Both the position numbers and the translations under genes were made by a program. From positions 5,910 through 69,909 of the forward strand of contig CAMVON010000003.1 in NCBI GenBank assembly GCA_947169155.1: a stretch of 64,000 bases of DNA, read 5' to 3'. Origin of the DNA: an uncultured Clostridiaceae bacterium (GTDB taxonomy: Bacteria; Bacillota; Clostridia; TANB77; CAG-465). Shown here one piece after another: positions 1-9,874 of this stretch (position 1 is the first letter of the stretch; each line of letters begins with the position of its first letter). The notes below the pieces were generated by a model. It saw nothing but the letters and a program-made list of their open reading frames with translations. It ran no database searches and was not told where the DNA came from.

Positions 1-1193
1 TAGACTTTAAAAATCCTTCAAAGAGTACAAGATATAATTATTTACAACCTGTTATAGATGCAGTAAATAATAATGATTTTAGAAAAGCTGAAGAATATGC
101 TTGGGATATAACACAAGGATTAGTTGGAGAAGATAATTCAAGAATGGAGAAAATTTGGAGAGATGGCGAAATGGCTGTAATTGCAGGAGCGATTATAAGT
201 GTTGTATTTGACAATAAAGAACATCCTGAATATCAGAATTTAACTAATGTTTATTCTTTTATTTCAGAAATGTGTAAAACAGTAGGACAACAAATGCCTA
301 TAAACAAATACATTGAGAGCCTTCCTCCTGAACATCCTGCAAGTACAATATTTGGAATTGCACGAATTGCACCTGAAAAAACAAGAGGATCTTTTTTCAC
401 TTCAGCACTAATAACACTTAGATTATTTACGAGTAAAAGTATTTATGGAATGACTTGTAAGAGTGATTTTAGTTTAAAGCAATCAGGAGAACGAAAAACA
501 GCTACTTATATAATTCTACCTGATGAAAAAACAACATACTATCCTTTAGCCTCTCTTTTTGTATATCAGAACTATGTTTCACTTGTTGAATCAGCTGATG
601 AACGAGGAGGCGAATTAAAAACAAGAGTAAATTATATATTAGATGAATTTGGAAACTTCACTACTATACCTGCATTTAGCAATATGCTTACTGTTGCAGG
701 TGGTAGAAGAATCAGATTTAATTTGTTTTTACAATCATTTTCACAACTTGAAAATAAATATGGTCGTGAAATAGCAGAAAATATTAGAGATAACTGTCAA
801 ACTTGGATATACCTTAAAACTGCCTCAAATGAAACAGCCTCAATTATTTCAAAGAAATTAGGTTGTTATACTACTTCAAGTTATAGTAGATCGAGCAGTT
901 ATAGTAAATATCAAAATGGCAGTAATTCAGAATCAGTAAACTTAATTAGCAGAAGTTTACTTACTGAAGATGAAATACTTAGAATTGAAAGACCTTATGT
1001 TTTAATAATTCAAACAGGTTTATTTCCTATTATAACTAAACTTCCTGATCTCTCAAAATGGAAATTTAATAGTTTATTTGGTATGGGAAATCAAGAACAT
1101 AATAGAGTATTAAGGCTTAAAAGAGAATCTAAAAGACCTGTGAAAGAAACTGAAGAAATAAAACTATGGGGAATTTGGAATATGTATAGATAA
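1..1193 (+). CDS. T4SS coupling protein, VirD4/TraG family, C-terminal part (5' end cut by window edge)
   Basis: Reading frame is open from nt 3 to the stop at 1193. The translation resembles the C-terminal region of TraG/VirD4 coupling ATPases (…LDEFGNFTTIPAFSNMLTVAGGRRIRFNLFLQSFSQL…). It sits at the head of a T4SS gene string. Confidence 0.55.
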   Translation, partial: DFKNPSKSTRYNYLQPVIDAVNNNDFRKAEEYAWDITQGLVGEDNSRMEKIWRDGEMAVIAGAIISVVFDNKEHPEYQNLTNVYSFISEMCKTVGQQMPINKYIESLPPEHPASTIFGIARIAPEKTRGSFFTSALITLRLFTSKSIYGMTCKSDFSLKQSGERKTATYIILPDEKTTYYPLASLFVYQNYVSLVESADERGGELKTRVNYILDEFGNFTTIPAFSNMLTVAGGRRIRFNLFLQSFSQLENKYGREIAENIRDNCQTWIYLKTASNETASIISKKLGCYTTSSYSRSSSYSKYQNGSNSESVNLISRSLLTEDEILRIERPYVLIIQTGLFPIITKLPDLSKWKFNSLFGMGNQEHNRVLRLKRESKRPVKETEEIKLWGIWNMYR

Positions 1194-1206
1194 GGAGAAT
1201 TTATGT

Positions 1207-1554
1207 ATGAAAAAGATAAAAGAAAGAACAAAAAGAATTTTAGAAAAAATAGGAAAAGCAGGACTTGTTACAACAAGTCTTTTTTGTGCAACAAGCACTT
1301 GTTTTGGAGCTGTGCAAGACAGCAAAATAGCAACAGGAACACAGGACTTAATAACTGATTTAACAAATTGGCTTTTAATTCTTGCTCCTGTATTAACTGT
1401 ATTATTAGTTGGATATTATTTGCTTAGAAAATCATCTAGCGATGAAATGGATGGCAAAAGATGGGACTCAAGAATAAAAGTAGCAATTATTTGCTGTGTT
1501 GGTGTAATTGTTGCTAGTGGACTTATAAATTTGATAGTTGGATATTATAGATAA
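1207..1554 (+). CDS. small membrane protein (2 predicted TM helices), conjugation-associated
   Basis: 115-aa ORF with an RBS AAGGAGA upstream, two hydrophobic segments, tightly packed in the T4SS operon. Confidence 0.45.
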   Translation: MKKIKERTKRILEKIGKAGLVTTSLFCATSTCFGAVQDSKIATGTQDLITDLTNWLLILAPVLTVLLVGYYLLRKSSSDEMDGKRWDSRIKVAIICCVGVIVASGLINLIVGYYR

Positions 1555-1565
1555 GGAGGTACATT

Positions 1566-2423
1566 TTGGAATCAATTTTAACTGGCTTAATTACCAGTAT
1601 TATTGGTGGTGCTGATAATGTAATAAACTCTGCATTTAATGGACTTATTGATATGTGCTTTAATTCAGAAAATTATATAACTTCTAATTTTGGAAGTACA
1701 GTAATTAGTTTTTATAACTTGAAAGCACTTATATTAAGTTTATCTATATCCTTAATTGTATTAAAGTTTTTAAAAAAGGGTTTTGATATGTATGTAATGT
1801 GGACTGATGGAGAATCCGATACTCCTCCCCTTACTTATATAGTTTATTTTATAAGAGCAATAGTTGTGGCAATTAGTTTTTCTGTTCTCTACGATTGGAT
1901 TATAGATATTGCTAAGTCGTTTGGAGAATCAATACTTACAGCAATGAATTTAGCTGATAATATTTCTTTAACGACTACTATTGCAAATATAGCAACATCA
2001 GGACTATTTACAGCGATTGTAGCCTTAATTGCTTTAATACTATTATTTGTTTTATATATACAATTTTTAATGAGATCCTTAGAAATGTTTGTATTAAAAC
2101 TTGGATTTCCTTTAGCTTGTGTTGGTTTAGTAAATCCTGATGGAGGAGTTTTTAAATCATATTCAGAAAAGCTAATAAAAAGTATTCTAACAGTTTTAGT
2201 ACAAATTATATTATGCAAAATCGCAATAATACTGATAATAAATGTAAAAATGTTATTTGGAATCGCCGCAATAATTATGGCGATTAAAACACCTAAGTTC
2301 TTACAAGAGTTTATGCTTGGTGGTGGAACAGGTGGAATTAGTAATGTAATAGTTACTACAAGTAAAACTATGGAACTTTCTTCTCAAATTAAGAGAAAAC
2401 TTAGTACATTAAAGAAAGGGTAA
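1566..2423 (+). CDS. polytopic membrane protein, candidate VirB6/TrbL-like channel component
   Basis: TTG start 8 nt after AAGGAGG; 285 aa with at least 6 hydrophobic helices; position between coupling protein and VirB3/VirB4-like genes. Confidence 0.4.
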   Translation: MESILTGLITSIIGGADNVINSAFNGLIDMCFNSENYITSNFGSTVISFYNLKALILSLSISLIVLKFLKKGFDMYVMWTDGESDTPPLTYIVYFIRAIVVAISFSVLYDWIIDIAKSFGESILTAMNLADNISLTTTIANIATSGLFTAIVALIALILLFVLYIQFLMRSLEMFVLKLGFPLACVGLVNPDGGVFKSYSEKLIKSILTVLVQIILCKIAIILIINVKMLFGIAAIIMAIKTPKFLQEFMLGGGTGGISNVIVTTSKTMELSSQIKRKLSTLKKG

Positions 2424-2426
2424 AAT

Positions 2427-2693
2427 ATGGATACATTAAATGAAATAATAAGTTTATTAAGAGTTGTAATAATACCACTTGGAGTTACTTTCCGAGTGGT
2501 ATTTTGCTTAATAAAAATGATCTATGATGAGGAGGCTCAGGGATCATACAAAAGAAAAATTAGAAATACCATAGTTTTTGGAATAATTGCAGAACTTACA
2601 TTTGTTATTTTAGCATTAGTTCAAGGTTACTATGGTGGTAATGTTGGTGGAGGTGGCTCATCAGGTGGAGCTGGAGCTACTAGAAGTTTTTAA
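2427..2693 (+). CDS. small membrane protein with Gly-rich C-terminus
   Basis: 88-aa ORF, two hydrophobic helices, GGNVGGGGSSGGAGA tail; within the T4SS operon. Confidence 0.4.
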   Translation: MDTLNEIISLLRVVIIPLGVTFRVVFCLIKMIYDEEAQGSYKRKIRNTIVFGIIAELTFVILALVQGYYGGNVGGGGSSGGAGATRSF

Positions 2694-2705
2694 AGGAGGA
2701 ACAAG

Positions 2706-3029
2706 ATGAATAATGAAGATGATTACAAATTATATATTCCTTCTAATGTAAAAACTAGAATGGAATTTTTTAAAGGATATGGAGTTAAGGAACTCATATC
2801 TACAATAATTGTTTTTGCTTGTTTACTTCCTGTTAGTTTACTTATATATAAATTAAAAGGCAATTTACTGTTGCCTGTTGTTATTGAATTTATAGGAGTT
2901 GCAGGAACAATTATAGCAACTGCAAAAGATGAAAATAATTTATGTGTTACAAGACAAATTAAGTTTTTAATTGAATTTGCTAACACTCAAAAACAATACA
3001 GATATAGATACTTTAATAAATGGAGGTAG
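2706..3029 (+). CDS. PrgI/VirB3-like small membrane protein
   Basis: 107 aa, one or two TM segments, immediately upstream of the VirB4 ATPase as in Gram-positive T4SS (PrgI/Orf17 position). Confidence 0.4.
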   Translation: MNNEDDYKLYIPSNVKTRMEFFKGYGVKELISTIIVFACLLPVSLLIYKLKGNLLLPVVIEFIGVAGTIIATAKDENNLCVTRQIKFLIEFANTQKQYRYRYFNKWR

Positions 3030-3032
3030 AAA

Positions 3033-3641
3033 TTGGGAAAGTTATTTAATTTATTTAGAAAAAAATCAAAAGAGAAAACTTGTAATGAAGAAGTTGGTAT
3101 TTTAGATATTAGAAATAACTACATTTATACAAGAGATGGCAATGTAATTGCAGGACTGAAAATATATTCTATAAATACACAATTACTTACTGAAAGAGAA
3201 AAACAAAATTTGATAAATGAACTCTCTGCTGAACTATCTTCAGAACAAGGAGAAATGAAATATTTTAATATTGCAAGAGCTGTTGATATATCTCCTTTGC
3301 AAGAATACTTAACGGAGATTATAAACACAACAGATAATACAAATCAGAAAAAACTTTTACGAACTCATTTAAACGAAGTACAAAGATTGTCTTTAAACGG
3401 AGAAATCGTTGAGAGGCAATCTTTTTTAATGCTAAATGCTAAATACGATGATAATGCTGAAAAAGATCTACTTAAAAGATGTTTAGATTTAAGTAACAAA
3501 TTTGAAAGATGTAGCATAAAAACAGAAATACTTGATGAGCCTTCTCTAATACAATTATGTAATAGTTTTTTAAATATGAATTATGCTCATAGAGAAGATT
3601 CAGATGTTGAGGATAAAGTTTTAATGCTGAAGGAGGCATAA
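3033..3641 (+). CDS. VirB4-family ATPase, N-terminal domain fragment (separate ORF)
   Basis: 202-aa ORF ending TAA at 3639-3641. Together with the next ORF (610 aa) it totals about 812 aa, the usual VirB4 length. N-terminal sequence style matches VirB4/PrgJ N-domains. Confidence 0.5.
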   Translation: MGKLFNLFRKKSKEKTCNEEVGILDIRNNYIYTRDGNVIAGLKIYSINTQLLTEREKQNLINELSAELSSEQGEMKYFNIARAVDISPLQEYLTEIINTTDNTNQKKLLRTHLNEVQRLSLNGEIVERQSFLMLNAKYDDNAEKDLLKRCLDLSNKFERCSIKTEILDEPSLIQLCNSFLNMNYAHREDSDVEDKVLMLKEA

Positions 3642-3642
3642 A

Positions 3643-5475
3643 TTGAAGAAAAAAGAAATTGAAAGAATAATTGAAAATCAGACATTACTTAATATTCTTA
3701 GCCCTATTGGTGGTTTTGAATTCTTTAAAAATTATTTTAGAGTTGGAGATTATTTAGGCAGAGTTTATGTGATTTCAAAATACCCACAAAAAGCTAGAAT
3801 TGGATGGCTTGAAAGTATTGCTAATATTCCTAATACTGTATGCACATTTAATATAACTCCTACTGAAAAAGATACTTTAATGCAAAATATAAGTAAAGGT
3901 ATTAGACAAAATGAAATTCAGTACGATAGCATAAAAGATGAAATATTAAGGCAAAGAACTGAAAGGGAAATAAACGATGCTAGAGAACTTATAGAAAAAA
4001 TAGATGTAAACGGAGAAACTGTTGTATATGTTACTATTGCAATAATGGTAATAGCTGAAGATATGGAAGAATTAAAGCAAAGGTCAAAAACAGTTCTTAC
4101 TAAACTTGCAACAATGCAAATGAAAGGTCGATTATTAACTAATTTAAGTAAAAAAGCATTCAAGTTGATGTCGCCTTTTTCTATTACAGATCCTGTTGTA
4201 AAAGAAATTGCAGATAGAAATATGCTAGAAAGTTCTTGGATTGGTGGACTTCCGTTTTCAAGTTCAGGATTTAATGATGGAAACAAATATTACTTTGCTA
4301 GAGATACTAAAGGTGGAATTGTAATACTTGATCCTTGGAAAAGAGGAGGCGACCGAACTAACTCTAACTTTGTTATTATGGGTACAGCAGGAGTTGGAAA
4401 ATCTACTGTTGCAAAACATTTAATTTTAAACGAATATATGACAGATACTAAAGTTATTTTAATAGATCCTGAGAGAGAGTACAAAGAAATGACTAAAAAA
4501 CTTGGGGAAAAATGGATTGACATCGGTAGTGGTAAAGGTGGAATTATAAACCCTTTACAAATAAAAGCTGTTCCATTAGATGATGATACTGAAGAAGAAA
4601 TTGGCTATAAAGATGAAGGCAAAGGAATGGGAGCTATGGCTTTACACTTCCAAACTCTAAGAACATTTTTCAAACTTCTATATCCTGAATTAAATTCAAT
4701 TCAAATAGCTTATTTAGAAGAAGTTTTAGAAGAATTATACGGAAAATTTAATATTACTTGGAATACTGATATAACAGGAATTCCTAACAATAAATTTCCT
4801 ATAATGACAGATTTTTATAATTTACTTGAAGAAAAAGCAAATACAGAAAAAGATAAAGAAAAACAAAAAGCCTTTGCTACTTTGAAAAGTTTAATTAGAG
4901 GAATTAGTACAGGTGCAGAAAAAGGATTATTTAATGGTTATACTTCTGTTGATGATATTGCAAAGGTTGTATGTTTTGATACATTCAATTTGCAAAATGC
5001 CTCAGATAGAATAAAAAAAGCTCAATACTTTAATATACTTACTTATTGTTGGGAAATAATGAGTAAAGATAAAGAAGAAAAAACAATGTTAGTTTGTGAT
5101 GAGGCATATTTACTAATTGATCCTGAAGTTCCACAAAGTTTAATATTTTTAAGAAATGTTGCAAAGAGATGTAGAAAATATGAAGGAAGTTTAATTATTA
5201 TTTCACACTCTATTGTTGATTTCTTAGATAGTTCTGTAAAAATGTATGGTCAAGCAATACTTGATATGGCTACTTATAAAATTTTAATGGGTACAGATGG
5301 ACAAAACTTAGAAGAATCAACAGAGCTTTTTAAATTAAGCGAGGCACAAGCAGAATTCTTATATAAAAAGAAAAGAGGTTTAGCACTATTTATCATAGGC
5401 TCAAACAGAATATTTGTTAGATTTGATATATTCCCTATTGAGTTTGAGTATTTTGGTAAAGGTGGTGGTCGTTAA
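3643..5475 (+). CDS. VirB4-family conjugative ATPase, ATPase portion
   Basis: TTG start 6 nt after AGGAGG; Walker A GTAGVGKST, Walker B MLVCDEAY; length and context typical of VirB4/TrbE/PrgJ. Confidence 0.8.
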   Translation: MKKKEIERIIENQTLLNILSPIGGFEFFKNYFRVGDYLGRVYVISKYPQKARIGWLESIANIPNTVCTFNITPTEKDTLMQNISKGIRQNEIQYDSIKDEILRQRTEREINDARELIEKIDVNGETVVYVTIAIMVIAEDMEELKQRSKTVLTKLATMQMKGRLLTNLSKKAFKLMSPFSITDPVVKEIADRNMLESSWIGGLPFSSSGFNDGNKYYFARDTKGGIVILDPWKRGGDRTNSNFVIMGTAGVGKSTVAKHLILNEYMTDTKVILIDPEREYKEMTKKLGEKWIDIGSGKGGIINPLQIKAVPLDDDTEEEIGYKDEGKGMGAMALHFQTLRTFFKLLYPELNSIQIAYLEEVLEELYGKFNITWNTDITGIPNNKFPIMTDFYNLLEEKANTEKDKEKQKAFATLKSLIRGISTGAEKGLFNGYTSVDDIAKVVCFDTFNLQNASDRIKKAQYFNILTYCWEIMSKDKEEKTMLVCDEAYLLIDPEVPQSLIFLRNVAKRCRKYEGSLIIISHSIVDFLDSSVKMYGQAILDMATYKILMGTDGQNLEESTELFKLSEAQAEFLYKKKRGLALFIIGSNRIFVRFDIFPIEFEYFGKGGGR

Positions 5476-6203
5476 TGGCGATAGATCCACATACAGCAAA
5501 AATTATAGCACAGGCTGTTATTAGTCAAATAACAGATGAAGAAAAAAGACAAAGGTTAATTATAGGAATTATTATTATGATTGTTACAATAACACTTATA
5601 ATTTTAATTCCTATTTTTGCGATTACTTCTACTATTGATAAAATTAAAAGTTTTTTTGGCTTTGGAGATGATGGAACAACTTCAGATAGTTCTTACTATT
5701 CATTAGTTGAAATGCACGATACTTATGCTCCTACTGTAACGGTTGAAGATTTAGAATATAACGGAACATTCCCTATGCCTGTTCAAAATGCAGTTGTTAC
5801 AAGTGAATTTGGAGCTAGAGTTCATCCTGTTACAGGAAAGCAAAGTTTTCATACAGGAATAGATTTAGCAGGAGCTTGGCACTCTAATATATCTTCAGTA
5901 GAAAAAGGTACTGTTGTATGGGCAGGAGTACAGAGAGGATATGGGAATTGTGTTGAAGTGAAACATACTACTGAAAATGGGACTGTGTATTATACCTTCT
6001 ATGCACATTTGGCTAGGATTGATGTCGTAGAAGGTCAAGAAATACAACAAGGAAGTGTTGTAGGTATTCAAGGAGGCGATCCTAACCGTGATCCGAATCC
6101 TGGATATAGTACAGGCTCACATTTACATTTTGAAATTAGAAAGTCAGCAGGTGGCGACTTTGTAAATCCTAGAGAATACTTATTTGGAGATAAGGAGGTG
6201 TAA
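5475..6203 (+). CDS. membrane-anchored M23 family peptidoglycan endopeptidase (conjugation cell-wall hydrolase)
   Basis: N-terminal TM helix; M23 motifs FHTGIDLAG (HxxxD) and HLHFEI (HxH). Confidence 0.8.
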   Translation: MAIDPHTAKIIAQAVISQITDEEKRQRLIIGIIIMIVTITLIILIPIFAITSTIDKIKSFFGFGDDGTTSDSSYYSLVEMHDTYAPTVTVEDLEYNGTFPMPVQNAVVTSEFGARVHPVTGKQSFHTGIDLAGAWHSNISSVEKGTVVWAGVQRGYGNCVEVKHTTENGTVYYTFYAHLARIDVVEGQEIQQGSVVGIQGGDPNRDPNPGYSTGSHLHFEIRKSAGGDFVNPREYLFGDKEV

Positions 6204-6204
6204 A

Positions 6205-6753
6205 TTGATAACAGATATTTATACAACTGATAAAAAATATAATATAATTTATGCTGATCCACCTTGGAAGTATAAAACTTGGAGAGAAGGTACAGGAACA
6301 GCAGAAAAGCATTATCCTACAATGAATATCGAGGATATAGTAAATATGCAGAATACAATTAAGCAGATTTCAGATCGTGATTGTATTCTTTTTTTATGGG
6401 TTACATTTCCTTGCCTCTTAGAAGGACTAAGAGTAATGAAGGAATGGGGCTTTAAATATAAAACTTGTGGTTTTAATTGGATAAAACGAAACAAGAAAAG
6501 TAATACTTTCTTTTTTGGAATGGGACATTGGACTCGAGCAAATTCAGAACTTTGCTTAATTGGAACTAGAGGAACAATAAAAAGAAAATCTAACAAAGTA
6601 TTTCAAATAGTAGATACTCCTATTGAAGAACATAGCAAAAAGCCTGACATTGTTAGAGAAAGAATAATAGAACTTGTTGGAGATTTACCACGAATTGAAT
6701 TATTTGCAAGACAGACTGCAGATGGATGGGATTCGTGGGGAAACGAAGTTTAG
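6205..6753 (+). CDS. MT-A70 family N6-adenine DNA methyltransferase (orphan, conjugation-module encoded)
   Basis: Likely TTG start at 6205, 8 nt after AAGGAGG, in frame with the track ORF 6184..6753. DPPW catalytic motif (IIYADPPWKY). Confidence 0.7.
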   Translation: MITDIYTTDKKYNIIYADPPWKYKTWREGTGTAEKHYPTMNIEDIVNMQNTIKQISDRDCILFLWVTFPCLLEGLRVMKEWGFKYKTCGFNWIKRNKKSNTFFFGMGHWTRANSELCLIGTRGTIKRKSNKVFQIVDTPIEEHSKKPDIVRERIIELVGDLPRIELFARQTADGWDSWGNEV

Positions 6754-6769
6754 AAAGGAGCTGATAAAA

Positions 6770-7867
6770 TTGATTTTAGCAATTACTAGAGATAATGAAA
6801 AGCTAATTTATGAGGTTTGCAAAGAAAATGGCTTTGAAAGTCCACAGGTATTGACTGGAGTTGAAAGTTTAAAAAGGTTTGCAGTACAAGAACTTAGGAA
6901 TTTGAATAATTATAATCAAATAATAATTGATGTTGCCTCTACTAAAGAAACGGAAGATGAAATAGTGCAATCAGTTGTTGCTATTAAAAGTATGTATAAT
7001 ATACGAATAATCATAGTTGCTCTAGGCTTTCAAGAAGGCAATAATCTACTTTCAAAATTATTTAGCGAAGGTATTTATAATTTTGTAAATGCTAATACTT
7101 ATTTTGAACAAAAAGAACAATTTAAAAGTTGTTTAAGTAGTGAAGGCTGTCAATATAAAGATGCTGTGAGATTTAGACAAAAAATTGAAGATGGAAAGAA
7201 AAATAAAGTTATTATAAAAAAAGAATATAAGAAATTAAAACAATTTGTAAATATTGCAGTTGCAGGAACAGAAAAACATATAGGAGTTACTACACAGGCA
7301 ATACTTATTACAATGTTTTTAAAAAGTCTTAATATGAATGCTTGTTATATATGTGCAACCGATAAAGATGAAATAAAGAATATTGAAACTTTAGAAGGTG
7401 TTATAAAAAAAGATGGATTATATTCATATAAAGGAATTGATTTATATAGTAATGACAATAAAGTTGATGCTATGAAATATGGTTATGATTTCTATATTTA
7501 TGATTATGGAATACTAAACGAAATAACTTTAGATAACTTTTTATCTAAAGAAGTAAAAATAATTGTTGGTGGAACTAAGGCTTGGGAAACTGATGAAACT
7601 TTTAGAGTATTAAGTTTATTAGAAAAAATACCTGAAGTAAATTATATTTTTAATTATTCTAGTAATGAGGAAAAAACAAAGTTTAGAAAAATATTAAAAC
7701 AATATATAAAACATATATATTTTTCTGAATTTACAACAGATGCCTTTAATAGCAGTATAAATACAGAAACATATCACGAAATCTTTAAAGACTATATTTC
7801 TGAGAAATCTAATAAACTTGAAGTAGTTGAGAAAAAAGGTTTATTTAGCTTTCTGAAAAGAGGTTAA
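6770..7867 (+). CDS. TadZ/CpaE-like protein: pseudo-receiver N-domain plus degenerate ParA/MinD-like domain (tentative)
   Basis: Likely TTG start at 6770 after AAAGGAG. N-terminal CheY-like alternation (IIIDVAS…IIIVALG) without a clear acceptor Asp context. VAGTEKHIGVTT resembles a deviant Walker A lacking GK. Confidence 0.3.
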   Translation: MILAITRDNEKLIYEVCKENGFESPQVLTGVESLKRFAVQELRNLNNYNQIIIDVASTKETEDEIVQSVVAIKSMYNIRIIIVALGFQEGNNLLSKLFSEGIYNFVNANTYFEQKEQFKSCLSSEGCQYKDAVRFRQKIEDGKKNKVIIKKEYKKLKQFVNIAVAGTEKHIGVTTQAILITMFLKSLNMNACYICATDKDEIKNIETLEGVIKKDGLYSYKGIDLYSNDNKVDAMKYGYDFYIYDYGILNEITLDNFLSKEVKIIVGGTKAWETDETFRVLSLLEKIPEVNYIFNYSSNEEKTKFRKILKQYIKHIYFSEFTTDAFNSSINTETYHEIFKDYISEKSNKLEVVEKKGLFSFLKRG

Positions 7868-7869
7868 AA

Positions 7870-8097
7870 ATGCAAAAAAATTTATATAAAGATTATTTAA
7901 AAAAACAAAAAATAAAAGAAAAGTATGATGAACAAGTAGTTGTAAACGAACAGAGTCCTGTTCTAAAAGCACTACTTTTTTTATTTGATATTTTGTCAAA
8001 GATATTCAGTATATTATTCTATTTAGGCATTATAATATTATGCTCTATTGGAGCTACTTATCTTGCTAATAAATTTGGAATAATAAATATATTTTAG
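7870..8097 (+). CDS. small membrane protein
   Basis: 75-aa ORF with a hydrophobic C-terminal half; operonic. Confidence 0.35.
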   Translation: MQKNLYKDYLKKQKIKEKYDEQVVVNEQSPVLKALLFLFDILSKIFSILFYLGIIILCSIGATYLANKFGIINIF

Positions 8098-8108
8098 GAG
8101 GATGTAAA

Positions 8109-9194
8109 ATGAAGTGGATAAAAAGAATATTAGCAGTATGTAGTTTTTGCACTCTACTTACTGTTTCAAAATGCTTTGCAGTAACATTAGATAAAACTAA
8201 TGTTACAGATGATAAATTAAATTGTTATAGAACATATTTAGTACAAGAAGATGAACAAAATTCTTTTATAGAGAATATGGAAAAGAATATTGAAGTGTTT
8301 GGAGATAAATATACTTTTGATAGTTATACTATTGAAGGTGGATCTACAACAGATACGATTGATATTACTACTACTAAAAAAATAACAAGTAGAACGAATA
8401 ATATAGAAAGCATAATAAATCAGCTTGGAAGTACAATTAGTTATAATCAAGATGGATATGTTGGAGAGTATTTATTAAATACACAAAACATACAAATTAA
8501 AACAAACTACAATGGCTTTAGAGAAGATTTAATTGAAGAAACGATAAATTACACTAATTTATCAAGAAATGACCTAGATTTTATACCTAAGCAAACAGTA
8601 AAAGATGGATTAACACTTGATTTATTAAATATTGAATGGGAAGTTGAAACAACAAAGATGATAGGCGAATATGAAGTTGCAGATCTTTATACAGCAAAAT
8701 GTTATTATGCAGGAAAACAAAGAATTGATTACCCTAATACTTATAGCATAACAGCAGAATATACAGGAACAGCAACAAAAGATATTCCTAGTCCATATAA
8801 ATATACAATAAAGTATAATAAAATTGAAGAAAAAAAGCCTGATCCTGTGCCTGAAGTAGTTGAAGAAAAAGACAATAAGCTACTTCCTATTGCAGGTGGT
8901 ACTACTGGAATTATATTAGTAATTATATTCTTCTTTACAAGAAATATTACGGTTTATAATTACAGAGATGGAGAATATATTAAAGTTGGTAAAACTAGAA
9001 TGAATAAAAACAATACAATTAACCTAACTAAATTTTCTTTATTTGAAACTACAAACAAATACAAAATAGAATTCTCTAAAGGATTAACAAATAAAATGCA
9101 AGGCAAAATGATAACTATTACAAAAGGAAATAATAAAATAAAAATGTTAGTAAATACTGATTATGAAAAATATAGTATTGAAACTAGAATTTAG
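8109..9194 (+). CDS. exported, membrane-anchored surface protein (signal peptide, internal TM near residue 270)
   Basis: N-terminal signal-like segment MKWIKRILAVCSFCTLLTVSKCFA; later LLPIAGGTTGIILVIIFFFTRN hydrophobic stretch followed by basic residues. Confidence 0.5.
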   Translation: MKWIKRILAVCSFCTLLTVSKCFAVTLDKTNVTDDKLNCYRTYLVQEDEQNSFIENMEKNIEVFGDKYTFDSYTIEGGSTTDTIDITTTKKITSRTNNIESIINQLGSTISYNQDGYVGEYLLNTQNIQIKTNYNGFREDLIEETINYTNLSRNDLDFIPKQTVKDGLTLDLLNIEWEVETTKMIGEYEVADLYTAKCYYAGKQRIDYPNTYSITAEYTGTATKDIPSPYKYTIKYNKIEEKKPDPVPEVVEEKDNKLLPIAGGTTGIILVIIFFFTRNITVYNYRDGEYIKVGKTRMNKNNTINLTKFSLFETTNKYKIEFSKGLTNKMQGKMITITKGNNKIKMLVNTDYEKYSIETRI

Positions 9195-9202
9195 GAGGCA
9201 TT

Positions 9203-9802
9203 ATGAAAAAAGAAAATAAATTTATAATTGCAATAATACTAATTGCTATTATAACTCTTTCAGGAGTTATTTTTTTTGCACTTAAATACCCATATATAAA
9301 AGCAAATAAAGATGCTGATAATATACAAGTTGGAGATAATACAGACTTAGAAGATACACCACTTAAAGATATTGAGCAAGATATAATTCATTATGATGAT
9401 GAAATAGGAACACTTACTATTCCTGATATTTTACTTGACAATGCACCTATTAGAGAAAGTGTTGAATTAACTACACTTAAAGAAACAATAGGACATTTTC
9501 CTTCTACTTCTATTTATGAGGGTAATGTTGGTCTAGCATCTCATAATTCAGGAGAACAAGGAGATTTCTTTAAAAACTTAAAGAAAATAAAAATCGGTAG
9601 TGAGATATTTTATCAGACTAACTATGGAACTAAAAGATATGTTGTAACAGTAAAAGAAATAATTGATGAGGAAAATTGGTCTTATTTGCAACCTACTGAA
9701 GATAATAGAATCACTTTAATTACTTGTGTTGCAGGACAAAGAGAAAAACGACTTTGTGTTCAAGCAGTAGAATCTTCTGAAGGTATGGATTACGGACAAT
9801 AA
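9203..9802 (+). CDS. sortase (membrane-anchored cysteine transpeptidase)
   Basis: N-terminal TM; conserved His (LASHNSG), TLITCV active-site Cys motif (TLxTC) and downstream Arg. Confidence 0.75.
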   Translation: MKKENKFIIAIILIAIITLSGVIFFALKYPYIKANKDADNIQVGDNTDLEDTPLKDIEQDIIHYDDEIGTLTIPDILLDNAPIRESVELTTLKETIGHFPSTSIYEGNVGLASHNSGEQGDFFKNLKKIKIGSEIFYQTNYGTKRYVVTVKEIIDEENWSYLQPTEDNRITLITCVAGQREKRLCVQAVESSEGMDYGQ

Positions 9803-9874
9803 AAAAGTTTTGAAAAGGGTTTTGGATTGTCTTTAAAATCGTTTTATAATGATAGTATAAGGAGATGATCTATT

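Noticed and set aside
144-1193. Track ORF starting at an internal Met for the first gene
   Set aside because: The frame is open back to nt 3, so the gene is a 5'-truncated coupling-protein gene running off the window, not a 349-aa protein.
1889-2218. Antisense ORFs inside strongly supported genes (also 2723..2986, 3125..3328, 3918..4286, 4290..4523, 6312..6596, 8238..8450, 10151..10591, 18548..18796, 21026..21229, 21479..21673, 29491..30008, 30659..30841, 31360..31870, 31978..32163, 32815..33021, 37994..39343, 51499..52069, 57516..57967)
   Set aside because: They lie opposite well-supported coding genes, have low-complexity or hydrophobic translations typical of AT-rich antisense frames, and lack ribosome-binding sites.
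3631-3660. Programmed +1 frameshift joining the two VirB4 ORFs
   Set aside because: The second frame is open only 12 nt upstream of its TTG, and the AGGAGG sits at ideal spacing for re-initiation. A coupled restart (or a recent lesion) explains the data better than a shifty site.
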